From Chloroflexota bacterium (GTDB taxonomy: Bacteria > Chloroflexota > Chloroflexia > Chloroflexales > Herpetosiphonaceae), in the NCBI GenBank assembly GCA_020161265.1, contig JAIUOC010000003.1, forward strand, positions 363,024-427,023: a DNA stretch of 64,000 bases, in the 5' to 3' direction. This document shows, one piece after another, positions 38,663 through 47,088 of this stretch. The notes beneath the pieces were generated by a model. The model did not search any database. It saw nothing but the letters and a program-made list of their open reading frames with translations, and was not told the DNA's origin. Every line of letters starts with the position of its first letter. Within the stretch, counting starts at the first letter, position 1. Position numbers and translations under genes: made by a program.

Positions 38663-38935
38663 GATGAGACTGGATAGCGCAGAGACGCAGAGGATTCGAG
38701 GGGCTAGGATTCAGAATTTAACGGAGAGACGCAGAGGATTCGAGGGGCTAGGATTCAGGGGTCACAGGGGCTGGAAATTTAAGCATAATCATATAAATCT
38801 GGGTCAATCTGTGGCTAAAAATAAAACTTCGCGATCTTCGCGCCCTTCGTGGTTTCAACCCTCGCACCCTTCGTGTCCTTCATGCGCTTCGTGGATCGAT
38901 ATTCATTCGCTGGCCTGGGTTAATATTGAGGAGAT
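38653..38935. repeat. mosaic intergenic repeat R4, including a 45-bp direct duplication and the conserved CTTCGYG element
   Basis: agagacgcagaggattcgaggggctaggattcag occurs twice (38681-38714 and 38726-38759). cttcgcgatcttcgcgcccttcgtggtttcaaccctcgcacccttcgtgtccttcatgcgcttcgtggatcg at 38828-38900. Confidence 0.6.
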
Positions 38936-38939
38936 GTAG

Positions 38940-39443
38940 ATGAACATAACAATTGTTGATGGCTTTACTCCAACCAATGAGGCTGAAGTTGCGGCTTTTG
39001 AGCAAGAGTTGGGCTGTCGTCTGCCAGAAGATTACCGCGCTTTTTTGCTACAACATAACGGCGGTCAGCCTGAGCTAACAGTTTTTGATATGAATAGTAA
39101 CTTGCTGCCTGATGATCAAAGTATAATCCACTATTTTTTATCCTTAGACCCAGCAGCGGAATCCTCTGAAATTCGTCAAGTAATCAGAACATTTACAGAA
39201 TATGAGACGCGGATTCCACCAGAGCTTTTGCCAATTGCCCACGATCTTGGAGGCAACCTAATTTGCTTGGGAATTCGTGGCGAGCAGCGGGGCAAAGTTT
39301 ATTTTTGGGATCATGAATTTGAGCTAGAAACTGAAGAAGAAGGCGATCTGTATTACAACGTTTCGTGTTGTAGCCCTTCATTTCAAGCATTCGTTGATAG
39401 CTTGTTGCCTGAATCCTCGCTTGATGTTGACGAGGCAGCATAG
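38940..39443 (+). CDS. SMI1/KNR4 (SUKH-1) family protein, immunity-protein-like
   Basis: 167 aa. LPEDYRAFLLQHNGG, IGD-like LGGNLICLGIRGEQRGKVYFWDHE, acidic C-terminus. AT-richer than its surroundings. Confidence 0.75.
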   Translation: MNITIVDGFTPTNEAEVAAFEQELGCRLPEDYRAFLLQHNGGQPELTVFDMNSNLLPDDQSIIHYFLSLDPAAESSEIRQVIRTFTEYETRIPPELLPIAHDLGGNLICLGIRGEQRGKVYFWDHEFELETEEEGDLYYNVSCCSPSFQAFVDSLLPESSLDVDEAA

Positions 39444-39647
39444 AGATCGGCATGAGCTTTGGGTTACATAACCTTCGCGATCTTCGTGCCCTTCGTGGTT
39501 TCAACCCTTGCGCCCTTCGTGTCCTTCGTGCGCTTCGTGGATCAGAACGGATGGCGAGAGGCTAAAGGCACTTAATCTTCCGAAAAAAGTCCAATAGCCT
39601 ATCACCATCTATACTCTGCGCTACAACCCGCTCCTTATGTTCGATGT
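39444..39647. repeat. mosaic intergenic repeat R5 (second full copy of the conserved about 75-bp CTTCGYG element)
   Basis: gagctttgggttacataaccttcgcgatcttcgtgcccttcgtggtttcaacccttgcgcccttcgtgtccttcgtgcgcttcgtggatcag, then a CTATAGC/CTCTGCG module. Confidence 0.6.
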
Positions 39648-39677
39648 TTTTTTTGCCTTCTGACTTTTGATTTTATA
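39648..39677. repeat. right arm of the inverted repeat pair bounding the SUKH cassette
   Basis: ttttttttgccttctgacttttgattttat, overlapping the udk stop codon. Confidence 0.4.
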
Positions 39678-40317
39678 TTTGTTTCTCGCTTTCGGCTAGC
39701 AAATACTCGACGCGGGCAATCACCATATCGATGGCAATTGCATTCAATCCACCGCGTGGAATAATAATATCGGCATAGCGCTTCGTTGGCTCGACAAATT
39801 CAAGATGCATCGGGCGCACAGTATTGGTATATTGCTCGATCACCGATTCGATTGAGCGTCCACGTTCGGCAATATCGCGTTTGAGGCGGCGAATAAAGCG
39901 CAAATCGGCATCAGCATCAACATAGATTTTTACATCCATGCATTCGCGCAACACAGCTTCGGCAAAAATCAAAATGCCTTCGACCAAAATAACCGGACGC
40001 GGCTGCACATGCATCACCTCAGGCCGACGACCATAGCGCGTAAAATCATAAATTGGCACTTCAATCGTTGTACCATTGCACAAGGCCTCGATATGTTGCG
40101 CCAGCAAATTGCTATCGAGCGAGTTAGGGTGATCGAAATTGACTCGCAAGCGTTCTTCAAACGAAAGCTCAGCAAAATCACGATAATAGGAATCGTGCTG
40201 TAAAAATGCAATTCGTGATGGCCCGACGCGACTAAGAATCGCTTGGGAAACGGTAGTTTTGCCTGATCCAGTTCCGCCAGCGACCCCAATCACAATTGGT
40301 CGTTGCTCTGCGCTCAC
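39673..40317 (-). CDS. udk: uridine kinase
   Basis: P-loop IGVAGGTGSGKTT, LQHDSYYRD, DHP, ILVEGIL, DADADLRFIRRLKRDIAERGRS. Probable GTG start at 40317; the longer ORF-track N-terminus (to 40473) has no homology signal. Confidence 0.8.
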   Translation of the reverse strand: MSAEQRPIVIGVAGGTGSGKTTVSQAILSRVGPSRIAFLQHDSYYRDFAELSFEERLRVNFDHPNSLDSNLLAQHIEALCNGTTIEVPIYDFTRYGRRPEVMHVQPRPVILVEGILIFAEAVLRECMDVKIYVDADADLRFIRRLKRDIAERGRSIESVIEQYTNTVRPMHLEFVEPTKRYADIIIPRGGLNAIAIDMVIARVEYLLAESEKQI

Positions 40318-40509
40318 GCCGTTTGTCCTCCATTGTTCGCAAAAGGGGAGCAAAGAACAACTAGTTCTTTGCCCCCATCTGCGCCTATTGTACCTGATTA
40401 TGCTGGTTTTGCATGCGCTGGTTTTGCTCTTGACAGGGCCATATCGCTCTACTACTGTATAGCCACGCTGCAATCATCCCAAAAAAATTAGCGCTGAGGA
40501 GTTTGCACT

Positions 40510-41406
40510 ATGGGTATTCGTGGCTTATTTGTGGGAATCAATAGTTATAGCGAGCGGCCACTCAAGGGTTGTGTCAACGATGTAAGCGTAGTTCGTGAGT
40601 TGTTCAAAGCCCAACACGCTGCTGCCGATGATCAACTGCGTTTGATCACCGATGCTGCGGCTACGCGCCAAGCTATTATTGATAATTTGGGCTGGCTCGC
40701 CGAACCGCTCAACGATGGGCAGCCGGAAATTCGAATTTTTCACTATGCTGGCCATGGCGTACAACAGCCTGATCAAAATGGCGATGAACCTGATGGTGCT
40801 GATGAATGCCTCGCGCCAATTGATTATCCCAGCGCTGGCTTGCTGAGCGATGACCATTTAGCCGAGCTATATCAAGGATTTTTGGGTACAACGCGGCTCA
40901 TTTTGTTGATGGATTGCTGTCATTCGGGCACGATCAGCAAAGACCCTTTTTCCGATATTCGGTATCGCACCTTAACTCCCGCCAAAGTGGTTTATGATGA
41001 AATTCGTGCCAAGAAGCAGGCCTATCAACAACACCAGGTTGATAGCGTAGCGCAACAAATTCTTGATCTGCAACAACGGAGCGCCGACCCCAGCGAAATT
41101 GCTAAGTTTGCAGGCGAGTTGGTCAGTTCGTTGCAAAAACAGAGTTTTGGCCAACGCCCACAGCACGAAAACACCATTTTGATTTCAGCCTGCAAGGCCG
41201 AGCAAGTTGCCGCCGATGCCAATTTTGGCGGAACCTACCACGGTGCCATGACCTTCTTTTTGAAAAATATTCTCAGCGAAAATCCCCAAATTAGCTATGC
41301 CAACCTTGGCGAACAGCTTCGCCGTAGCCTCTACGACAATAAGTTTCAACAAATTCCCCAACTTGAGTGCCCAAATAGTCTAATTAACCAGCCCTTCCTA
41401 CGTTAA
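40510..41406 (+). CDS. caspase-like peptidase (C14 family, metacaspase/HetF-type)
   Basis: Catalytic dyad context HYAGHG (His) and LLMDCCHSG (Cys). 298 aa, no signal peptide. Confidence 0.8.
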   Translation: MGIRGLFVGINSYSERPLKGCVNDVSVVRELFKAQHAAADDQLRLITDAAATRQAIIDNLGWLAEPLNDGQPEIRIFHYAGHGVQQPDQNGDEPDGADECLAPIDYPSAGLLSDDHLAELYQGFLGTTRLILLMDCCHSGTISKDPFSDIRYRTLTPAKVVYDEIRAKKQAYQQHQVDSVAQQILDLQQRSADPSEIAKFAGELVSSLQKQSFGQRPQHENTILISACKAEQVAADANFGGTYHGAMTFFLKNILSENPQISYANLGEQLRRSLYDNKFQQIPQLECPNSLINQPFLR

Positions 41407-41473
41407 TTAACTAAGCAGCCAATTGCTAGGCGATTGGCTGCCCTCATCGATCACGCTGCACTGAGGAGCTTGT

Positions 41474-42487
41474 ATGAGTTCAGATCATGCTCACGATTGT
41501 CCATGTGCTGATCCTATCACCCAATTACGCCAGCTCTTTGTCAACAGAACTATGGGCACGCGGATTAACGCCGGACAAGATCCGGTTCGACGGGCGGTGT
41601 TTCTTAAGGCGCATGGCGGGGCCAAAGCCACCTGGTGGGTTCGCCCTGATTTGCCAGCCGAGCTACGAGTTGGCTTGTTGGCCTACGATCAGCTGGCAGC
41701 ATGGCTGCGCTTTTCCAGCGATACCGTGCCTTTTGCCAGCGACCTTGGCACAACCTTGGGGGTAGGCATCAAGCTGTTTGGTATACACGGCCGTAAATTA
41801 TTAACTGGTGAAGAAGCTGCATTAACTCACGATTTGGTCTTGCAAAATTATCCAGTCTTTTTTGTCGATACTGCCAAGGATATGTGCGAATTTACCTACG
41901 AAGGCTTGGTGGGTGATGGCTATGATGCGTATCTCGCCAAACACCCCAAAACCCGCAAAATTCTCGATTTGATGCAGCAAAATCTGGCCAGTGTCTTCGA
42001 TGCAGTGTATTGGAGCGGCCTGCCCTATGCGTTTGGCCAAGGTCGTTACGTCAAATATCGCTTGGCGCTTGAAGCGCTCAATCCACAGCCACCCAGTAAC
42101 CCACAGCTCAACCCCAACTTTTTGCACGATGATTTGCGTAGTCGTTTGTTGGCAGGCCCGATTGATCTGCACTTTAGCATTCAACTACGCACCAATCCTA
42201 AGCTGATGCCGTTGGATGCAGCAACCGTCGAATGGTCAACCGAGCTAGCCCCGCCGCTGCATGTGGCAACCCTAACCCTGCCCCAACAAGATATTGATGC
42301 GCCTGGCCAAGCCGCCTATGTCGAAAATCTGGCCTTCAATCCTTGGCATGCACTGCCTGAACATGCTCCAGTTGGCAGCATCAGTGAAGCTCGCAAAGTA
42401 GTCTATCAAGCTTCGGCGGAGTTGCGCCGCCAACGCAATGGCATTCCGATTGTGGAGCCACGCCAACCTCGTCACGATTTAACCTAG
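41474..42487 (+). CDS. catalase-related (mini-catalase/allene-oxide-synthase-like) haem protein, putative
   Basis: Distal-His-like RRAVFLKAHGGAKATWWV. Proximal haem-ligand motif R-x3-Y-x2-S/A-x3-R (RKVVYQASAELRR). About 337 aa, the size of small catalase-related proteins. Confidence 0.45.
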   Translation: MSSDHAHDCPCADPITQLRQLFVNRTMGTRINAGQDPVRRAVFLKAHGGAKATWWVRPDLPAELRVGLLAYDQLAAWLRFSSDTVPFASDLGTTLGVGIKLFGIHGRKLLTGEEAALTHDLVLQNYPVFFVDTAKDMCEFTYEGLVGDGYDAYLAKHPKTRKILDLMQQNLASVFDAVYWSGLPYAFGQGRYVKYRLALEALNPQPPSNPQLNPNFLHDDLRSRLLAGPIDLHFSIQLRTNPKLMPLDAATVEWSTELAPPLHVATLTLPQQDIDAPGQAAYVENLAFNPWHALPEHAPVGSISEARKVVYQASAELRRQRNGIPIVEPRQPRHDLT

Positions 42488-42527
42488 CCCTCCAAAATGC
42501 TTGAATGGTTTACAAGGAGATGTGATT

Positions 42528-44465
42528 ATGGCTTGTGCTGAGATTGTCAGCGTCGCGATTTATCCTCCCGTTGGCTTTGCCCGCGTCGGAAATAGCCCAA
42601 ATGAGTTTTTTTATGGCCCCGAAGTGCTGGGTGCACCCCAAGTTGACCCCGATTTGTTTCGCGATCCGAGTGGCGCGATCAAACGCCAAGCGGCGCGGTT
42701 TCGGGTTTATGGCTTGAATGCCGCTGGTGAGGTGATTTGCGAGTTAAACCAAACCAATCCTGATGTGCAAGAAATTGTTTGGACGGCGCAGCTCGCCAAT
42801 CAAAAAGCCGCGTGGTATGAATTTATCCAAGCACTGGATATTCCGGCCTCGGCTGATGGCAAAATTGTTAGCAAGCGCCGCAATGCCGATGTAACTGAGC
42901 GCGATCAATTGACGATCGATGGTGGCACGCGCAGCATTTGTGGCTTGAATGTCAATCCTCAGGGCGAAGAGGCGATCTATGCCTTTGATCACGGCGCATT
43001 CTTTGGTAAGCAAGTTTATTTGGGCGAATTGCGCACCGATCAACAGGGCAATTTGATTGTGCTGGGCGGGCGGGGTCACTCAGCTTCGGCCCATGGCAAG
43101 CCCTTAACCACCTTTGCCGATAACGATGATTGGCATGATGATACTGCCGATGGCCCGATTGAGGCCGTGGTTAAGCTGAGCGATGGACGGGTTTTGCAGG
43201 CAACTCATGCTTGGGTGATTGTTGCGCCGCCTGATTATGCGCCAGGCACAAATTCGATTATGACAGGCTATGATTTGCTGTTTGAAGTGGCGATGCAGCT
43301 TGATTCGACGCTTGCGCCAGCCAAGCCACGTTTCAGCAGCGAAATTTATCCGTTGCTCTCACGGTTTAGCCAATTGCAATGGGTTAATGCTGGCTTTGCG
43401 CGGAGTTTTGGTTGGGGCAGCCCCAGCGATTTCAATAATCCTGAGTTGATCGCTCGTTTGGGCGATCCTAGTGCTGCCAGCGAACCGTTGCGCCAAGCGG
43501 TTTTGGCTCAAATGCGCAATCCTAGCAATCCCTATATTGATCCCGAAGGCTTGCCATTGTTTTATGGCGATGCGATTACGCTCAACACCAAAACCACCGA
43601 TCCCCAAGAGTGGCAGGCAATTTTGCCTAGCCAATATCGTTGGCTAGAGCAATGGGCCAATGGCGATTTTATTGCCGATGGCTTGCCCGTGGTCAGGCCG
43701 TGGGAGCAGCTTGATCCCGCTGAGCAGGCCTACAATCTCACGCGGGCGGCGCTTGATGCAACCTTGGGCGGGCCGTTTCACCCCGGCTGCGAATTCACTT
43801 GGCCGTTACGCCATACCTCGATGTATGTAGCACCATTTCGACTCAAACGCCGCACCAGCCCTGAGCCAGATTGGGGCGATACGCTCGATGCGGCTACTGC
43901 CTTAGCTCCCGATGGGATGTTGTATGCCAGCGCTGCTGGGGCAATTACGCGTTGGATGGCCGTGCCTTGGCAAACCGATACCTCAAGCTGTCTCTCGGCC
44001 TATATGGGCTATGCCGGAACTTATTTGCCAACTTTTTGGCCCGCTCGTGTGCCCAACGATGTGCTTAGCCAAGAGAGCTACCAGATTATTATGAACCCTG
44101 ATGCTACGCCTGAAGAGCGTGCCCAAGCCTTCGCACCGACTGCCCGCCGCAAGTGGCTGCGCGGCATGGTCTACACCGAGAGCATTCCACCAGGCCATAT
44201 TCCAACCGTGCCAGCAATTACTAAATTTACCAACGAATGGGATACCGTGGGCATTATCATCGCCCAAACTGGGCCTGAACATAGCGCTAGCTTCCCGCAA
44301 ACGCTATGGGTTGAAACAGGCCGCCACGTTGAAGCTCAGGCTCCCCAATTAACCCGTAGCCTAGCCGCCGAGCCAGAAACTGATCTGGTTGATAGCGACC
44401 TCAATTGGCCACAACAACGCCTCAAGCGAGGACGCAAAAATGCTGCCGAAGCCAATAACGATTGA
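42528..44465 (+). CDS. LodA-like amino-acid oxidase (CTQ quinoprotein family; L-lysine epsilon-oxidase / glycine oxidase GoxA relatives)
   Basis: AAGGAGA RBS. N-terminal LodA signature IYPPVGFARVGNS. Conserved Asp-x3-Cys (WQTDTSSC) with a Trp about 60 residues downstream (RRKWLRG), as for the cysteine tryptophylquinone pair. Confidence 0.65.
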   Translation: MACAEIVSVAIYPPVGFARVGNSPNEFFYGPEVLGAPQVDPDLFRDPSGAIKRQAARFRVYGLNAAGEVICELNQTNPDVQEIVWTAQLANQKAAWYEFIQALDIPASADGKIVSKRRNADVTERDQLTIDGGTRSICGLNVNPQGEEAIYAFDHGAFFGKQVYLGELRTDQQGNLIVLGGRGHSASAHGKPLTTFADNDDWHDDTADGPIEAVVKLSDGRVLQATHAWVIVAPPDYAPGTNSIMTGYDLLFEVAMQLDSTLAPAKPRFSSEIYPLLSRFSQLQWVNAGFARSFGWGSPSDFNNPELIARLGDPSAASEPLRQAVLAQMRNPSNPYIDPEGLPLFYGDAITLNTKTTDPQEWQAILPSQYRWLEQWANGDFIADGLPVVRPWEQLDPAEQAYNLTRAALDATLGGPFHPGCEFTWPLRHTSMYVAPFRLKRRTSPEPDWGDTLDAATALAPDGMLYASAAGAITRWMAVPWQTDTSSCLSAYMGYAGTYLPTFWPARVPNDVLSQESYQIIMNPDATPEERAQAFAPTARRKWLRGMVYTESIPPGHIPTVPAITKFTNEWDTVGIIIAQTGPEHSASFPQTLWVETGRHVEAQAPQLTRSLAAEPETDLVDSDLNWPQQRLKRGRKNAAEANND

Positions 44466-45510
44466 TTGTTTGATCGTTGGCGGCGGAATTGCTGGCTGCG
44501 CCTGTGCCGTGCATCTCGCACGGCATGGGTGGCAGGTGCTTGTGCTCGAACGCCCGCCTACACGGCCACAACGCTTTGGTGAAAGTTTAGCGCCTGCCGC
44601 TCGTCCGTTGGTGCACGAGCTTGGGTTAGATCTTGATCGAGAGCATTCGATTTGCCCAGGCAATCTGGCAGCTTGGGGATCAGATGCGCTCTATCATCAT
44701 GATTTTTTGGCAACGCCCTATGGTCATGGCTGGCATCTCAATCGACCTCATTTTGAGCAGCAGCTCCACCAGTGCTGCCTTGGATTAGGCGTAACATTCA
44801 GTTCAGCGTCAATCAGCTACCTCGAACGCCAGCCCGAACGCTGGATTATTGGGGTTGGAGAGCAATTATTTCAAACGCGCTGGCTGATTGATGCCACTGG
44901 CCGAGCACGTTGGCTAGCACGGCGGCTGGGAGTACAAACCCAGTTCGATGGCCCCAAACAGCTCGGTTTGGTGGCGATGCTGGAGCCGCAAGCCCAGCCA
45001 TGGCCGGATCAGCGGAGTTTGGTCGAGGCGGTAGCTGATGGTTGGTGGTATGTGGCGCGAGTGCCGCAAGCCCAAATGGCGACAATTTTTATTGGTCAAC
45101 CAACCACCAACCAACGCCAAAAGCTTGCTCAGGCCGAGGGTTGGTGGCAATCGCTCAAGCGCAGCACTTGGGCCAAACAATGGCTTGAGCAACATCAGCT
45201 TTGTGCCCAACCATATTGGGTCGATGCCAGCAGCAGTCGTTTGGATCGCTGCTATGGCAATGGTTGGCTGGCGATCGGTGACGCGGCCATGAGCTATGAT
45301 CCGCTGGCGGCGCATGGGATTACAGTTGGATTAACCAGCGCCCGTGATGCCGCCCAATGTTTAATCGCTGCCAACCAAGGCTCAGTTGCTGCGCTGTATG
45401 GCTATGGTCATCAGCTGGAATTGGCTTGGCACGCTTATCGTCAGCTTCGCCAACAGATCTATGCCCAAGAACAGCGCTGGCCTGATCGCCCATTTTGGCA
45501 ACCACGCTAG
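44440..45510 (+). CDS. LodB-like FAD-dependent flavoprotein (cofactor-maturation partner of LodA-type oxidases)
   Basis: Overlaps the 3' end of lodA-like by 26 nt. FAD fingerprint CLIVGGGIAGCACAVHLARHG...VLVLER. Halogenase/GG-reductase-like fold. 356 aa. Confidence 0.6.
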   Translation: MLPKPITIDCLIVGGGIAGCACAVHLARHGWQVLVLERPPTRPQRFGESLAPAARPLVHELGLDLDREHSICPGNLAAWGSDALYHHDFLATPYGHGWHLNRPHFEQQLHQCCLGLGVTFSSASISYLERQPERWIIGVGEQLFQTRWLIDATGRARWLARRLGVQTQFDGPKQLGLVAMLEPQAQPWPDQRSLVEAVADGWWYVARVPQAQMATIFIGQPTTNQRQKLAQAEGWWQSLKRSTWAKQWLEQHQLCAQPYWVDASSSRLDRCYGNGWLAIGDAAMSYDPLAAHGITVGLTSARDAAQCLIAANQGSVAALYGYGHQLELAWHAYRQLRQQIYAQEQRWPDRPFWQPR

Positions 45511-45712
45511 CAAAAACCCTGAATTATGCTAAGATGCAGCAATCAAATTTTTGGCTGCTGCATGGAGTCAAACTCGTCCATACACTCCACCCATCAATTG
45601 CTCCATCACCCACAGCAGCATGCTTCAATCTGCTACGTTTGCTAGAGAATCAAACGTTGGTAGCCACAATTGTTGTGTGAGTTGAATTCCATTTGGCTTG
45701 GAAGGAGCTACG

Positions 45713-47086
45713 ATGGGCCATGATCATGCGCTGGTTATCGGCGCAAGCATTAGCGGTTTAGCGACCGCGCATATCCTCAGCCACTATTTTGCTCAAGTAA
45801 CGATTATTGAACGTGATAGTTTGCCCGACTCGATTGAGGTTCGATCTGGTTTGCCGCAAGCTCGCCACCTGCATCTGTTGTTGATGCGCGGAGCGCGTGA
45901 GCTTGAAACGCTCTTTCCTGGCATTGGGCAAGAACTCGTGGCTCACGGCGCACAGTCGGTCGATTTGATGAATGATTATCGCTACTTGATGGCTGGTGGT
46001 TGGGCCAAACCGCATCAATCAGCCCATCGCACAATTTCGGCCAGCCGCCCGCTCTACGATTGGGTGCTGTTGCAGCGTTTACGCCAAAACCCCAAAATTC
46101 GGATCGAAACCCAAACCGATGTGCTTGGCTTGGTTGGGGATTTGCGCCATGTGCGGGGCATTAACACCAAGCGCCGCGATACTGGGGTTGAGCAACAATT
46201 TCTAGCCGAACTCTTGGTTGATTGTAGTGGGCGTTCATCCAAGCTTGATCAATGGCTACAAGCGCTGGGTTGCCAAGCAGTACCCGAAACCGTGATTGCC
46301 TCGAATGTTGGCTACTGCTCACGACTCTATGCCAAGCCCGAAGGCTGGAACGAATGGAAGGGCTTATTTGTGCGCCAGCGACCATTGGTTAATCCACGCG
46401 GCGCGATTTTAACCGAGATTGAAGGCAATCGCTGGATGGTGACCTGTGGTGGTTTTAATGAGGCCAAGCCACCCCTTGATGAGAGCGAATGGCTGAATTG
46501 GCTCAACCAATTGCGCTCGCCAATTTTGTATGAATTGTTGAGTAAGGCCCAGCCAATTAGCCCATTGGTTGGTTTTGGCCGTACCGAAAATCGCCAACGC
46601 CATTATGAGCAAATTAGCCTGCCTGCGGGAGTGGTGGCGTTGGGTGATGCTGTTTGTGCGTTTAATCCAATTTATGGACAAGGTATTAGCAATGCCACCT
46701 TGGGCGCGATCTTGCTGAGCCAGCATTTAAAAGAACAAGATCGGGCTTCGGCAGCCTGGGGTCAGCGCTTTCAACAAGCACTCGCTAAAAGCAATCAATT
46801 TCCTTGGAGCATTGCGGTGGGCGAAGATGCCCGCTATAACGCCAGCGTCAAGCGTTCGTTTGGCGCAACTCTGCTGCGCAACTACTTCGACCAAATTAAC
46901 CTAGCATCAAGCAATAATCCGGTTGTGCTCAACCGCTTCACGCCGATTGTGCATATGACTGGCAATCCCAGTGGCTTACTGCACCCAGCGATGATCTGGA
47001 ATGTTATTAAAGGTCGCTTGAAGCCCCAAACGACCAACCCAACGCCCTCGATCCCTACCATTCTCAGCGCTAGCCAAGGAGCGTAA
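45713..47086 (+). CDS. class A FAD-dependent monooxygenase-like flavoprotein, paralog 1 of 3
   Basis: AAGGAG RBS. GxGxxG (VIGASISGL), DG-type motif (LVDCSGRSSKL), GD motif (LGDAVCAFNPIYGQGIS). Confidence 0.75.
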   Translation: MGHDHALVIGASISGLATAHILSHYFAQVTIIERDSLPDSIEVRSGLPQARHLHLLLMRGARELETLFPGIGQELVAHGAQSVDLMNDYRYLMAGGWAKPHQSAHRTISASRPLYDWVLLQRLRQNPKIRIETQTDVLGLVGDLRHVRGINTKRRDTGVEQQFLAELLVDCSGRSSKLDQWLQALGCQAVPETVIASNVGYCSRLYAKPEGWNEWKGLFVRQRPLVNPRGAILTEIEGNRWMVTCGGFNEAKPPLDESEWLNWLNQLRSPILYELLSKAQPISPLVGFGRTENRQRHYEQISLPAGVVALGDAVCAFNPIYGQGISNATLGAILLSQHLKEQDRASAAWGQRFQQALAKSNQFPWSIAVGEDARYNASVKRSFGATLLRNYFDQINLASSNNPVVLNRFTPIVHMTGNPSGLLHPAMIWNVIKGRLKPQTTNPTPSIPTILSASQGA

Positions 47087-47088
47087 CC

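Noticed and set aside
39673-40473. Long N-terminal extension of udk (to 40473) and plus-strand ORFs 40259-40491
   Set aside because: The extension has no similarity to uridine kinases, which begin just before the P-loop. A GTG at 40317 gives the canonical length. The plus-strand ORFs are antisense shadows.
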